In this document: positions 17,832-27,557 of the stretch, piece after piece | Layout of the letters: each line of letters opens with the position of its first letter | How positions within the stretch are numbered: the first letter of the stretch is position 1 | Assembly: GCA_039028615.1 (NCBI GenBank) | Contig: JBCCHT010000023.1 | Coordinates: 144,849 to 208,848, forward strand | Reading direction: 5' to 3' | Length of the DNA: 64,000 nucleotides | From: Myxococcota bacterium | Lineage (GTDB): Bacteria > Myxococcota_A > Polyangia > Nannocystales > Nannocystaceae | The notes under the pieces: generated by a model | Databases searched by the model: none | Told to the model about the DNA's origin: nothing | The model's input: only the letters and a program-made list of their open reading frames with translations | Position numbers and translations under genes: made by a program

Positions 17832-19451
17832 TCAGCGGCGAGGCTCGGCGACCGCGTGCAAGCGATCGTCGGCATCCCACTGGAGGCTCAGGTGCGTCTG
17901 CACCGTCGCGTCGTCGAGCGAGACTTCGAGCTCGCCGTCGTCGAGTCCCTCCGGCCAGGGTAGCTCGAAGAGCCCGACATCGACGTGAGAGACCCGGGAA
18001 GCGTAGATCGGCAACGTCCGCTCGCCACCCACGCCCTGCACTCGAGCGTGCCCGATCATCCCCCCGTTTTTGCCACGAGCCGTCGACGTGAGGCCCTCGG
18101 TCACCCACCAACCCACGCTGCCGTCGGTGCGTCGGATCCCGTGCAGGGTGTGGCCCGACGCCGCCGCGTCGCGGGAAAACGAGCTGCCCTCCCAGCTGGT
18201 GACGGTGGCGATGCGTGCGGCGTTGAGCCCGTAGACGTAGTCGCTCGTCCACTGGTTGCCGATCTCGTAGCTCATGTAGTCGAAGGTGTACTCCTCGAGG
18301 CGCAGGGCCCCGTCGAGCACGCCGTAGCCTTGCGCCGCGATCCGGCAATCGGGATGGGGGTAGCCGGGAATGTGCGGACTGGGGGCCGAGCACGGGGCGT
18401 GGTCGAGGCCTTGGTTGTGGCCGATCTCGTGGGCGAAGATCACCACGGGGTCGTTGCCCGCGGGGATCTTGGCGATGGAGATGCGGTTGGGCCCGTCCTC
18501 CATCTCGTCGCTGGCGACGAAGCCCATGCCGCCGCCCACCCCGGGCGCGCAGCAGCCATCACCCATGACCCCGAGGTAGTAGTCCCCGGGCGCCGCGTTG
18601 CCCTCGGACCGGGCCTCCGCCACGAGCTCGATGGCCTCACCGACCGCCCCGAGCGGCTGGGGCCAGCTGCGCGCGGCCGCGACCTCGACCTCGAGCGACT
18701 GCAGCGGGTTGGCCTGATAGACCTCCTCGTGCACGCGCTCGGCCGCCTTGTCCATGTCGGGCCCGACACCGCCAACCTCGATCGGCACGAGGACGATCTT
18801 CATACGGCGGGGGGTGTCGTCGAACTCGAGCGGGGCGTGGCCGCTGGCGGGCAGCCTCGGCCCCGTGGAGCCCGAATTCGACTCGGAGCCATCGTCCTCG
18901 AACAGCGCGAGGCTGAACTCGGTGTCGGGCCCGACGGACTCGGCGGGTACCTGGAAACTGAATGCCCCCGCGAGGGTCAGGGGCTGCGGCGGTCCGTTGA
19001 TCTCGCGCGACTCTTCGAGCACGTCGACCAGGGTCTCGCCCTCGTACAGCGCCAGCCGAGCCACGATCGGCCGCGGGCTGAAATCGGCGTCGAGAGCCCA
19101 GTGCACGCGAATCAGCGTCGGACGCTCGGTGAGCAGCGGCCCGCTGCGACTGCCGGCCGCGAGCCAGCTGCCACTGGCATCGGTGAGATCGATCGCCGTG
19201 CCCTGGTTGGCCTCGACGTGTGCGATCTGGATCCCCTGCGCGGGCGTGCCTTGCTCGGGATCGGGCAGCGCGGTCTCTTCTCCGTCCGTGGCGCCGTCGC
19301 CCTCGGTCTCCATGCCTCCGCCGCCGCTACCATCGAGCGAGACTTCGTCGGCCGTCGCATCGTCACCGCCGCACGCCAGCGCGTGGGCCATGGCCAGGGC
19401 ACAGAGCGATCGCCAACGAGCAGTGGCTCTCGAGTCGAATTTCGTTCGCAT
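17832..19451 (-). CDS. Lipoprotein zinc metallopeptidase (M66-like)
   Basis: Lipobox ALAC; HEIGHNQGLDHAPC zinc motif; DYMSY Met-turn. Confidence 0.8.
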   Translation of the reverse strand: MRTKFDSRATARWRSLCALAMAHALACGGDDATADEVSLDGSGGGGMETEGDGATDGEETALPDPEQGTPAQGIQIAHVEANQGTAIDLTDASGSWLAAGSRSGPLLTERPTLIRVHWALDADFSPRPIVARLALYEGETLVDVLEESREINGPPQPLTLAGAFSFQVPAESVGPDTEFSLALFEDDGSESNSGSTGPRLPASGHAPLEFDDTPRRMKIVLVPIEVGGVGPDMDKAAERVHEEVYQANPLQSLEVEVAAARSWPQPLGAVGEAIELVAEARSEGNAAPGDYYLGVMGDGCCAPGVGGGMGFVASDEMEDGPNRISIAKIPAGNDPVVIFAHEIGHNQGLDHAPCSAPSPHIPGYPHPDCRIAAQGYGVLDGALRLEEYTFDYMSYEIGNQWTSDYVYGLNAARIATVTSWEGSSFSRDAAASGHTLHGIRRTDGSVGWWVTEGLTSTARGKNGGMIGHARVQGVGGERTLPIYASRVSHVDVGLFELPWPEGLDDGELEVSLDDATVQTHLSLQWDADDRLHAVAEPRR

Positions 19452-19459
19452 CGCGTCGT

Positions 19460-20908
19460 TCAGCCCTCGGGCGGGTTGACCACCAGGTTCAAGGCGGCGC
19501 CGGTCATGTCGGAATAGGTGTAGGGATCGACCAGGCCGGTGACCTCGGCGAGGATCTCCACCCCGAGGCCCGGCTCGTTGGGCCGCATCTTCAGGGCGCG
19601 GTTGGCCTCACGATCGACCACCCACACGTGCCCCTCGGCGTCGATACTGACGCCGACCGGCTCCATACAGCCGTCCCAGGGCAAGTGAGGATCGACCCAG
19701 GTGAGGGTCGCGAGATCGAAGCGGGCGATGCCGCAGGGGTCGTTGGTCACCAGCCACAGGTACTGATCCTGGTCGATGGCGATGCCGCGGTCATAACCCC
19801 CGGCCGCACCCACGAACACATCGACTTCATACCCGGCGTCGATGTCGGTCTGGGCCACGCGACCCGAGCCCCAGCTGCCCCAGGGATTGCCTTCTTCGTC
19901 GAGAGCGAAACCATAGCCTCCGCCGTCGTGCAGCGACCACTGGAAGGTCTCGCGATCGACGAAGATCGCGACCCCGTTGTTGTTGCCCCAGAAGTTGCCG
20001 TCGCCATCCGCCGCCCCGCCATAGATTCCATAGCCATCCGCGGGGTAGGTGGGATCGTCGATCACCACTTGCTCGATGAGCGTGCCCTGGTCGCCGTCGA
20101 CCAGATCGATGCGCACGAAGCCGTCCGTGTGTCGATAGCCGACCCACACGTTGGGCTTGTCGATGAAGCCGCACTCGTCGAGGCCCGCGTCCCAGGCCAC
20201 GGCCCGGGCATTGTTGGAGGGCACGACGTAGTTCCACTCCACGCAATCGTCCTCGCCCCAGGGCAGGACATCGTTGGGTCCCTGCGAGGTTCGGATCTCG
20301 CCGTCGCCGTTGCGGTCGGGGCAGATCTCGGCCTCCCCGGTGATCTTGGTGAACGAGCTGGCCTCGCCCCAGGTGGAGCGATTGGCGACCACCACGTCTC
20401 CGCGCAGGTTCACCGAGGTCCGCGAGGGATCGTGCAGCACATAGTCGCCGTCCTCGGGAGGCCCGGTGTAGTAGCGAGCCAGCTCGGTGGCGGTGATGGT
20501 GTCGATCTTCGAAACCGTGCCCTGACCGGAGTTGGCGATCCAGATCACGGAGAACTCGTAGTCGCCCTCCTGCCCGCCGCCGGCCGAGCCCTCGGGGCAC
20601 GCCGCCCCTTCGGTGTCGTCCATGTTGACGTCGAGCTTGGGCCCGGTCTCGTCGGCAGCCGAGGCATCGTCGGCGCCGGAGGTGGAGTCCTCGGGAGTCG
20701 ATGGACCGACCCCCGAGCCAAAGCCACCGCTGAGCCCGGTGTCACGGACATCGCCGCCACACCCGAGCGTGGCGACACCCAGCGTCGTCGCCACGAGTGC
20801 GACCGAGCCCCATCCATCGCGCCAGCGAACCCGCGACGAGCTTCGGCTTCGCCTGCTCGGCCGGTCGTATTGAAATGCGCGCACGACAATCCCCGCGATG
20901 GTGTCCAT
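19460..20908 (-). CDS. Lipoprotein with beta-propeller (Vgb/streptogramin lyase-like) domain
   Basis: Lipobox TLGC; IWIANSGQGTVSKIDT, PSRTSVN, PYTYSDMTG; start uncertain. Confidence 0.75.
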   Translation of the reverse strand: MDTIAGIVVRAFQYDRPSRRSRSSSRVRWRDGWGSVALVATTLGVATLGCGGDVRDTGLSGGFGSGVGPSTPEDSTSGADDASAADETGPKLDVNMDDTEGAACPEGSAGGGQEGDYEFSVIWIANSGQGTVSKIDTITATELARYYTGPPEDGDYVLHDPSRTSVNLRGDVVVANRSTWGEASSFTKITGEAEICPDRNGDGEIRTSQGPNDVLPWGEDDCVEWNYVVPSNNARAVAWDAGLDECGFIDKPNVWVGYRHTDGFVRIDLVDGDQGTLIEQVVIDDPTYPADGYGIYGGAADGDGNFWGNNNGVAIFVDRETFQWSLHDGGGYGFALDEEGNPWGSWGSGRVAQTDIDAGYEVDVFVGAAGGYDRGIAIDQDQYLWLVTNDPCGIARFDLATLTWVDPHLPWDGCMEPVGVSIDAEGHVWVVDREANRALKMRPNEPGLGVEILAEVTGLVDPYTYSDMTGAALNLVVNPPEG

Positions 20909-21257
20909 TCGACCCACTCCCGAGCGCAGCCACGGCTCCACGGGACCACTCAACCAACCACCGCCGTCCGGCCATATCCGGACGACGCGAACCGATCATG
21001 GGACTCGCGGAACGATGACTCGCTCCGACATCCACTATAGCGGATGCTCTCGAATGAACAAGATGAAAGACGTGTGGCCGAAGATTCGAAAGGATCCCGT
21101 TCAGCCGCCGTTTCTCGGCATCGCCGTCAGAGAACCCCCGAACCCCGTCTCTCCACCCACGCTTTAGCGTGGAACCGCCGTTTCGCCGGGCGAGACCCAT
21201 CGAGACACCCGAGACCGACGCGATGGATCGCGACCGCCTCGGGTGCTCGTGTGCCAC

Positions 21258-22361
21258 CTACGGCATGCAGCAGACGGTCGTCGGCTGGACCAACACGGCC
21301 TCGCCCGTGGGGAACACGGACGACGCGGTGCACGAGGGGCCCGCCACGTCGGGGGCTTCCCACTCCACCGACATCGGCGTGGAGGCTCCGAAGGCATCGG
21401 CGCTCAGCCCCGTGCCCGACACGGTGATCTCGCTCGTCTCGTTCGAGCAGCTGCCGTCGTCGAAGATGTGCAGCTGGGTCTCGCAGATGACGTCGCTGGC
21501 TGCGGGCGCGTTGCAGGTGCACGTGGCACAGCCGCGCTGGTCGTCGACATCCTCGGCCCCGAACATGCGCAGGGGGAAGGCGGTGGGACAGGCCACGTCA
21601 CCTTCTTGGTAGATGCACGCCGAGCCCAGCTGGCTGCCCGCGCCTTCGGGGAAGCACTGCTCTCCCGCGTCGCAGCCGAGATCGGTCAGCTCGCCCTCGC
21701 ACACACGAAGGCTCCCCCCCCAGGAAAGCTCGGGGATGGTGACCGAAGGCTGTGCCGGACACGAAGGCGATGAGGCGGGATCCGCGAACACCCCGCGACC
21801 GCAGATGTGTCCTTGTGCCACCGACGTGCAGACCCCCGGCCCCGGAGTATCGACGCCCGTGGCCCCGACGCACGCGGCGGGCGGGCCCTGCAGCACGGTC
21901 ACGTCGCCGCAGTCCGCGGTCAGCGACCCGCAGGTGCAGCCGCAGGTTCCGTCGGGTGCGAACAGCTCGGTCTGGAGATCGAAGGCGCTGCCGAAGCGAG
22001 CCGAGCAATCGCCCTGCTCGGGATCGACGACCTCCACCGGTCCCGTCCATCCCGCGGGCACGGCGACGCAGGTCCCGTCTACGCGGCAGCCCTGGGCGGG
22101 GCCCGTCTCCGTCGTATCGTCGGCAGTCGTGGGATCATCGGCCGAGCTGGTCGAGCCCGTGGTGCTGCCCGAGTCGCCGTCTCCGGTCGCCGGCGGATCG
22201 TCGCTCGTCTGACCATCGCTGGTCGCCACGTTCGAGGTTGCATCGGTGGCACCGGCTTGGGTCCCCGAGCTCCCCTCTTCGTCATCGGTGGCCTCGGGAG
22301 GGTTGAAGCACCCGCCAGCAACGACGGAAGAACACAGCAAGAGCACGCGAACGTAGTCCAT
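21258..22361 (-). CDS. Cys-rich lipoprotein
   Basis: Lipobox AGGC; acidic Ser/Thr linker; CGCTCG and CATCTC repeats. Confidence 0.75.
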   Translation of the reverse strand: MDYVRVLLLCSSVVAGGCFNPPEATDDEEGSSGTQAGATDATSNVATSDGQTSDDPPATGDGDSGSTTGSTSSADDPTTADDTTETGPAQGCRVDGTCVAVPAGWTGPVEVVDPEQGDCSARFGSAFDLQTELFAPDGTCGCTCGSLTADCGDVTVLQGPPAACVGATGVDTPGPGVCTSVAQGHICGRGVFADPASSPSCPAQPSVTIPELSWGGSLRVCEGELTDLGCDAGEQCFPEGAGSQLGSACIYQEGDVACPTAFPLRMFGAEDVDDQRGCATCTCNAPAASDVICETQLHIFDDGSCSNETSEITVSGTGLSADAFGASTPMSVEWEAPDVAGPSCTASSVFPTGEAVLVQPTTVCCMP

Positions 22362-22452
22362 GGCGAGGTGATTTGCCGGCGAGGCCGATGGCTTGTCAAG
22401 GGGCCAGAAGCCCTCGCGCTCGCCGCCATGTAGTCCAGCGGAGCACGAGGGC

Positions 22453-23022
22453 CTACGACGCCAGCCGCCTCGCCTGCCCCAGCCCGTGGCCCGGTACCCC
22501 CATATCGCGCCGCAACAGGTTCAGACCGCGATGCAGTCGGCTACGAACGGTGGCCACCGGGAGATCGAGATCACGGGCGAGCCGCGTGCCCGTGTGCCCC
22601 ATGAAGTGGTAGCGCTCCATGGCATCCCGGTACGACTCGGGCAGCCGGGCCACGTGATGGCGCACGGCTCGAAGCTCGGGCAGCAGGGCCAGGCTCGCCG
22701 CACCGCACAACTCGTCGGGCTCGTCGCTGGCGCGGTGGAACTTGGTCTCGATCCGCTGCCGTGCGCGATTCGGATACAAGACCCGACGCGCGATGCACAA
22801 GACGAAGGTCGTGACCCGGCTGTCGCCGCGGAAACGATCGCGCGCCTGCACGCACGCGAGGATGGTCTGCTGGGTCAGGTCTTCGGCCTGCTCGGGGCAG
22901 CGGGAGCCGAAATAGCGGAGCAGAACCTTCCGCAAGGCACGAAATAGGCGGTCTCCCGCCACGGCATCGCCGTGGCGCCACAGGTCCCAGTCACGCTGGA
23001 GTTGCTCGGATTCCGTCATCAC
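22453..23022 (-). CDS. ECF sigma factor (sigma-70 group 4)
   Basis: AEDLTQQTILAC (region 2); VATVRSRLHRG (region 4). Confidence 0.88.
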   Translation of the reverse strand: MMTESEQLQRDWDLWRHGDAVAGDRLFRALRKVLLRYFGSRCPEQAEDLTQQTILACVQARDRFRGDSRVTTFVLCIARRVLYPNRARQRIETKFHRASDEPDELCGAASLALLPELRAVRHHVARLPESYRDAMERYHFMGHTGTRLARDLDLPVATVRSRLHRGLNLLRRDMGVPGHGLGQARRLAS

Positions 23023-23081
23023 CCCTGAGGCGACGCCCGGAGCCGAAACCCAACACGCGAGTCACTTTTTTTTCGAGTCGC

Positions 23082-23735
23082 TCAGAACACGCGCACGGTC
23101 TCGCCCAGACGCACCGTCGCCCCGGCCTCGCGAGCCTGGCGAAGGTCGGCGCCGAGCGTCCCCGAAGCCGGGAGGGGAGCACCCGACACGGCCCGCAGGA
23201 TGACCGGCTGATAGCGACCCGGCTGCGGGACCACGAACGAAAGGCGCAGGCCCTGCGGACCGGTTTCGCACGTGGCGGACGTACAGCGGGCGAGCAACTC
23301 GCGGCCGTTGCGATAGATCCGCAGCTCGGCCCCCCCCTGCGCGGGCACGTCCAGGGTGATGGTGCTGCCCACCGCCGCGTGACCACGAACGCCGTCGGGG
23401 CCCTCGATGGAGACGCGCAGCAGACCCGAGCCGTGGCTCGAGCCCGGATCCACGGGCGGAGCGGGGCTGGAGAGCACGAGCACCAACGCCGCGGCCGCGG
23501 CCACCACGATGCCGATGGCCACCCCGTTGAAGCGTGAGGGCTCGGGCTGTGCCGTCGCCAAGGCGCGCTCGAGCACTTCATCTTTCCAGCCGTCGTCGTC
23601 CTCGGCGGGCGCGCGGTCGAGCCCTTCCAGCAAGCCGACCACCTCGGCGTGACGCTCGGCCCACCCTTCGGATCCGGGCGGGACCGGCTCCCCGCGCTCG
23701 ATCGCGAGATAGGCCTCGAGCTCCTCGTCGCTCAT
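23082..23735 (-). CDS. Putative anti-sigma factor (single TM, extracytoplasmic beta domain)
   Basis: ATGA overlap with the upstream ECF stop; short cytoplasmic N-terminus; TM VAIGIVVAAAAALVLVL. Confidence 0.65.
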   Translation of the reverse strand: MSDEELEAYLAIERGEPVPPGSEGWAERHAEVVGLLEGLDRAPAEDDDGWKDEVLERALATAQPEPSRFNGVAIGIVVAAAAALVLVLSSPAPPVDPGSSHGSGLLRVSIEGPDGVRGHAAVGSTITLDVPAQGGAELRIYRNGRELLARCTSATCETGPQGLRLSFVVPQPGRYQPVILRAVSGAPLPASGTLGADLRQAREAGATVRLGETVRVF

Positions 23736-24286
23736 GCCCGAGCTCCGTGGGTATCGAGGCACTGCCGCAGCGACCGAAGGGAACGAGCGACGCGCATCTG
23801 CGCGGCCGCGGTCGAGGCCCGCACCACCGCGGCGATTTCTTCATAGCGCAGGCCGATGATGTGTCGCAGCCACACCACCTCGCGGTTCGGCACCGACAGC
23901 TCGCCCAGGCACCGATCGATGATGCTGCGCAGGGCCAGGCGATCGGCCGGACCCTCGTCGACTGCGCTCGACTGCTGCGCTTCGACCACGGCCAGTCGCG
24001 CGGCCCGGCGTCGGTCGGCCTTGCGACGATCGAGCGCCCGGTTGCGAGCGATGCTCAGCAGCCAGGTGCGCCAGGTACTCCGGCCTTGGAACGAAGACAG
24101 GTCGCGGTAGGCCTCGATGAACACGACCTGGCGCAGGTCTCGGGCCTCGGCCTCGCTGTCGGTGAAGCGACGGCAGAAGGCGAGCACCACCCCGCCGTGC
24201 ATATCCATCAGCGCCCGCATGGCCGTCTCCACGTCGCCCGCCCGTACATGGCGATCGATCTCGGCCTCCTCGGGCGGATTCCGCAT
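23732..24286 (-). CDS. ECF sigma factor
   Basis: ARDLRQVVFIEAY, FQGRSTWRTWLLSIARN, YEEIAAVV...MRVARSL. Confidence 0.9.
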   Translation of the reverse strand: MRNPPEEAEIDRHVRAGDVETAMRALMDMHGGVVLAFCRRFTDSEAEARDLRQVVFIEAYRDLSSFQGRSTWRTWLLSIARNRALDRRKADRRRAARLAVVEAQQSSAVDEGPADRLALRSIIDRCLGELSVPNREVVWLRHIIGLRYEEIAAVVRASTAAAQMRVARSLRSLRQCLDTHGARA

Positions 24287-24343
24287 GTCGACCGATGATG
24301 CCGGGCTCACCCCCGCGAGGAAAGACCCCGCGAGGGACGGACC

Positions 24344-25168
24344 TCAGCTACAGCTGCACTGCTCCTTCCAGAAGCTGTTGCATTCGCTCTTCTTCACCGT
24401 GTCGATCTTGTCGCAGACGTAGCTGCACGGCTCCGCGCACGTGTCCTTGCAGGTCGCTGGATCGCACGCATCGGCGCACGCGCTCTCGCACTGCTCGGGA
24501 TTGTCCTCTTCTTTGTCCTCGCAGATCATGAGGACCTCGCCGGGGGGCTTGAGCGACGCGCAGACGCCTTCGGTGCAGCCCGCCCACGCCGAACATGTCC
24601 CCCCGGGGGGCTCCCCGGTCTCGCTGAACGAAACCGGGATCCCCTCGACGTTCTGCAGCGTCCAGACGACATCCGGGTCGTCGACCCCGGGCAGCGAATC
24701 GATGATGTCCGGCGTCCCGACGACCAGCGTCAGCGGCGTCTGGAAGCTCCAGCTCGACAGGTCGCCGATGACCTCACCCGCGGAGGGCGCGAACAGAAAC
24801 CAGCAATTGCCCCAAAACCCATCGCTGCCTGGCTGACCGCCTTCGTCGCCGGCACCTTCGGCGATCATGGCGGTGAAATCCCAGTTCATGCCGCTTGCGC
24901 CCGCGAAGGTCGGTCCTCGGAGCGTGAACTCGAGGCTCCGGTCCTGCTTCCGAATGGCCCCGATGTTCTTCCCTCCGGCGTAGGCCCCGAACGACTCCAG
25001 CGTACGATCGAGTCGCGGCTTGGCCTGCGACGTCTGCGTCGGTCCCGGCTCCGTGGTGGTATCGGGGCCCTCGGTCTTGTTCTTGCCCGGAACACAGCTG
25101 GCACCCATCGCCGCGGCGAGGGCGATGCCGATGATGCACGTCAGGCGGGTTCGGCTCTCGTCGTTCAT
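24344..25168 (-). CDS. Lipoprotein with Cys-rich C-terminal tail
   Basis: MNDESRTRLTCIIGIALAAAMGASC signal; SD AGAGGA; ATGA overlap with the CHAT gene stop; CxxxC repeats at the C-terminus. Confidence 0.75.
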   Translation of the reverse strand: MNDESRTRLTCIIGIALAAAMGASCVPGKNKTEGPDTTTEPGPTQTSQAKPRLDRTLESFGAYAGGKNIGAIRKQDRSLEFTLRGPTFAGASGMNWDFTAMIAEGAGDEGGQPGSDGFWGNCWFLFAPSAGEVIGDLSSWSFQTPLTLVVGTPDIIDSLPGVDDPDVVWTLQNVEGIPVSFSETGEPPGGTCSAWAGCTEGVCASLKPPGEVLMICEDKEEDNPEQCESACADACDPATCKDTCAEPCSYVCDKIDTVKKSECNSFWKEQCSCS

Positions 25169-27495
25169 GGTTCCTCTGGTTTGTACGCGTCCTGGCCGGA
25201 TCGATTGACAAAAGGCATGCCGATGACGACGTAGGGGCTCCATCGCTCGGGAGACCACCCTTCGGCGTGGAGCTCCCGCTGCGCCTGCGCCAGCGCCCCG
25301 ACGGGGTCGACCGCCCCACCTCGGGCATGGAAGCGACCGAGCAGCTCGGCCGCGTCGGCGTCGTCGACCGAGCGCAGGGTCGCCACCACCCGCTGACTGC
25401 CCGCCGCGACGAAGGCCGCCGGCAGAGCGCCCCAAAACCCGGGCTCGTCGTCGAAGGCAGAGCGGCACCCGGCCAGCACCACGTGCCGCGGCGCCGCGGG
25501 CCACTTGGCGATCTCGTCGGCGTAGACGCGGCCATCGGCGAGCTCGAGCCACGCGCCCTGGGCATCGGTGCCCGTGTGCACGGCGATGTGCCACAGCCCG
25601 AGATCGGCCGCCGACAGGGCCCCGCGATCGGCCTCGAGCCCGCTGACCACGGGCAGGCCGAGCTGAAACCCGAGGGTGTCGGCCGCCGCTCGAGCGGCGG
25701 GCAGGTCGAGCTTGGCGTCGGCCATGACCAGCCCTCCCCCGTCGTTGGCTCGGCCCGCCTCGTCCTGCGCCCAGGCGACCGCGCTGGTGAGGCTCGGCAT
25801 GAGGCTCAGCGAATGCTCGACGAGCAAGGGCTGCCCCGCGACACGGAGCGCGGCCCACGGAATGCCTTCGAGCCCCGGCTCGGTGACGATCAACACGGGC
25901 ATCCCCGCGGGCAGACGCTCGGGCAACGGCGCGAGGACCTGCTCCAGCTGGGCCCATGCCTCGGGGGACTGGCCCATCGCCCGCTCGACCACGCGCCGGA
26001 GCTCGTCTCGGCCCATCCCCACGCTCCGCGAGTGCCAGCCCTGCCCGTCGTAGGTCAGCTGAAAGGTCTCGTCGGGCGTGACCATGTGCGCGACGACGGC
26101 GATGCCCGGCGGCAACGACAACGACGCCGCATGCTCGGGGCCCGTGGCCTGCCCGGGCTGGGCCCAGGCCTCGACTCGGGACGACAGGGTCTCGAGCCAC
26201 GCGGCGACCGATCGAACGCGCAGCGACTGCGGGTCCTTGGCCCGCAGCGCCTCCACCAGGGCCCGGCCTCGCGCCAGCTCGTAGACTTCGAGCGCCTCTT
26301 CGATGCGCGCGCCCTCGAGCAGCCGCGCCACCAACCGCTCGTAGGGCTCTCGTCGCTCCTGCGCCGTCCAGCTGCGAAAGTCGTGCCCGGAGGACTCCCC
26401 GCGGAGGTGTTCGACGGTGGCCACGGCCGACCGCAGCACGGCCTCGGCCCGCTCTGCGTGCCCCTGCGCCGACAAGGCCCGCGCCTGGATCGTCTCGAGC
26501 TTCCACCGCCAGTCGGGCACGACCTCTCCGTCGAGCCCCTCGGCGACCCGCTGGAGGGCCGCCGCCGGATCGCTCGTGGCAAGCTCGACCCGCGCGGCGT
26601 ACCACGCGGTGGAGGAACGCTGATTGTCGCTGGGAACGAAGTCGGGGTCTTCGTCTCGAACCAGGAAACCCGCGGCGGCATCGAGGCGCTGGCGAGCCTT
26701 CACCGTGTTGCCCAGCCGCAGCTCGTCCTCCACGAGGTTGAGGGACGCGGCCCGAGCCTCGAACCAACCCCCCGCCTGCTCGAAGTGCTCGAGCGCTTGC
26801 TCGAACGCCACCGCGGCTGCCTCCCACTCGTGGTCGAGCTCGGCGTGGATGCCCTCTTGAAAGAGCAAGCGCCCGTGCAATAGAGGATCGTCCGGGGCCA
26901 CGCCCGCGCGCGCATGGGCCAGCCACTGCCGGGAGAGCCTCTGGGCCCCCACGTCGCGCAAGAACTCCGACAGCGAGAGTCGATGCTCCAGCATGAGCGC
27001 CGGGTTGCCCGAGCGCTCGGCCACCGTCACCGCCGCCGCGTAGTGCTCGTGCGCCGCGGTGTGCTGCCCCGCGTCCCACAGCAGGTATGCCATGCGGGAC
27101 TCGGCCACCGCGGCCTTGTTCCACACGCGCGCCTGCTGAAACCCGGTGGACGCCGCCCGATAGTGGACCAAGCCCGCCTCCAGCTCACCCTGGCGAAGCT
27201 CGATGCTCCCCAGCAAATAGTGGATGCCCGCCTGTTGCTCGCCCGGCTCGACGCGCTCGAGCCACGCGGGCACCTCTTCGAGCCGCCCGGTGAGAAAGCT
27301 GCTCTTGGCCGCGTAGGCGCCCGCGTCCTTGCGCTCGTGGACCTCGAAGGCCTCGGTGCACTCGGTGCGGGCCGCTTCGTAGTCGCGCGCATCGAAGGCG
27401 GTTCGACACTCGGCCATGGCCTGGACCGCTTCGCTGCTGCCGCAACCCGAGGCCACCGTGAGCACCAAGATGCCGCGCCGTACGAGCCCTGCCAT
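25165..27495 (-). CDS. TPR + CHAT (caspase-like) protease, putative lipoprotein
   Basis: Lipobox-like VASGC; TPRs; IPWAAL, WHIAVH (catalytic His), VVLAGC (catalytic Cys), VVATLRSVDD, WSPYVVIG. Confidence 0.88.
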   Translation of the reverse strand: MAGLVRRGILVLTVASGCGSSEAVQAMAECRTAFDARDYEAARTECTEAFEVHERKDAGAYAAKSSFLTGRLEEVPAWLERVEPGEQQAGIHYLLGSIELRQGELEAGLVHYRAASTGFQQARVWNKAAVAESRMAYLLWDAGQHTAAHEHYAAAVTVAERSGNPALMLEHRLSLSEFLRDVGAQRLSRQWLAHARAGVAPDDPLLHGRLLFQEGIHAELDHEWEAAAVAFEQALEHFEQAGGWFEARAASLNLVEDELRLGNTVKARQRLDAAAGFLVRDEDPDFVPSDNQRSSTAWYAARVELATSDPAAALQRVAEGLDGEVVPDWRWKLETIQARALSAQGHAERAEAVLRSAVATVEHLRGESSGHDFRSWTAQERREPYERLVARLLEGARIEEALEVYELARGRALVEALRAKDPQSLRVRSVAAWLETLSSRVEAWAQPGQATGPEHAASLSLPPGIAVVAHMVTPDETFQLTYDGQGWHSRSVGMGRDELRRVVERAMGQSPEAWAQLEQVLAPLPERLPAGMPVLIVTEPGLEGIPWAALRVAGQPLLVEHSLSLMPSLTSAVAWAQDEAGRANDGGGLVMADAKLDLPAARAAADTLGFQLGLPVVSGLEADRGALSAADLGLWHIAVHTGTDAQGAWLELADGRVYADEIAKWPAAPRHVVLAGCRSAFDDEPGFWGALPAAFVAAGSQRVVATLRSVDDADAAELLGRFHARGGAVDPVGALAQAQRELHAEGWSPERWSPYVVIGMPFVNRSGQDAYKPEEP

Positions 27496-27557
27496 GGCGG
27501 CATGGAGCGTGACACGGCACCGCGGCCGTTCACAAGTCACGCGTTCGGGAACGGTGA

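Noticed and set aside
20954..21257. Short ORFs in the intergenic gap (e.g. MNKMKDVW...)
   Set aside because: No SD, motif or codon-bias support.
24344..27124. 926-aa ORF, and the 1119-aa version of the CHAT ORF extending to 28524
   Set aside because: The N-terminal parts are off-frame read-through of neighbouring genes; better starts are 25168 and 27495 (signal peptides, ATGA coupling for 25168).
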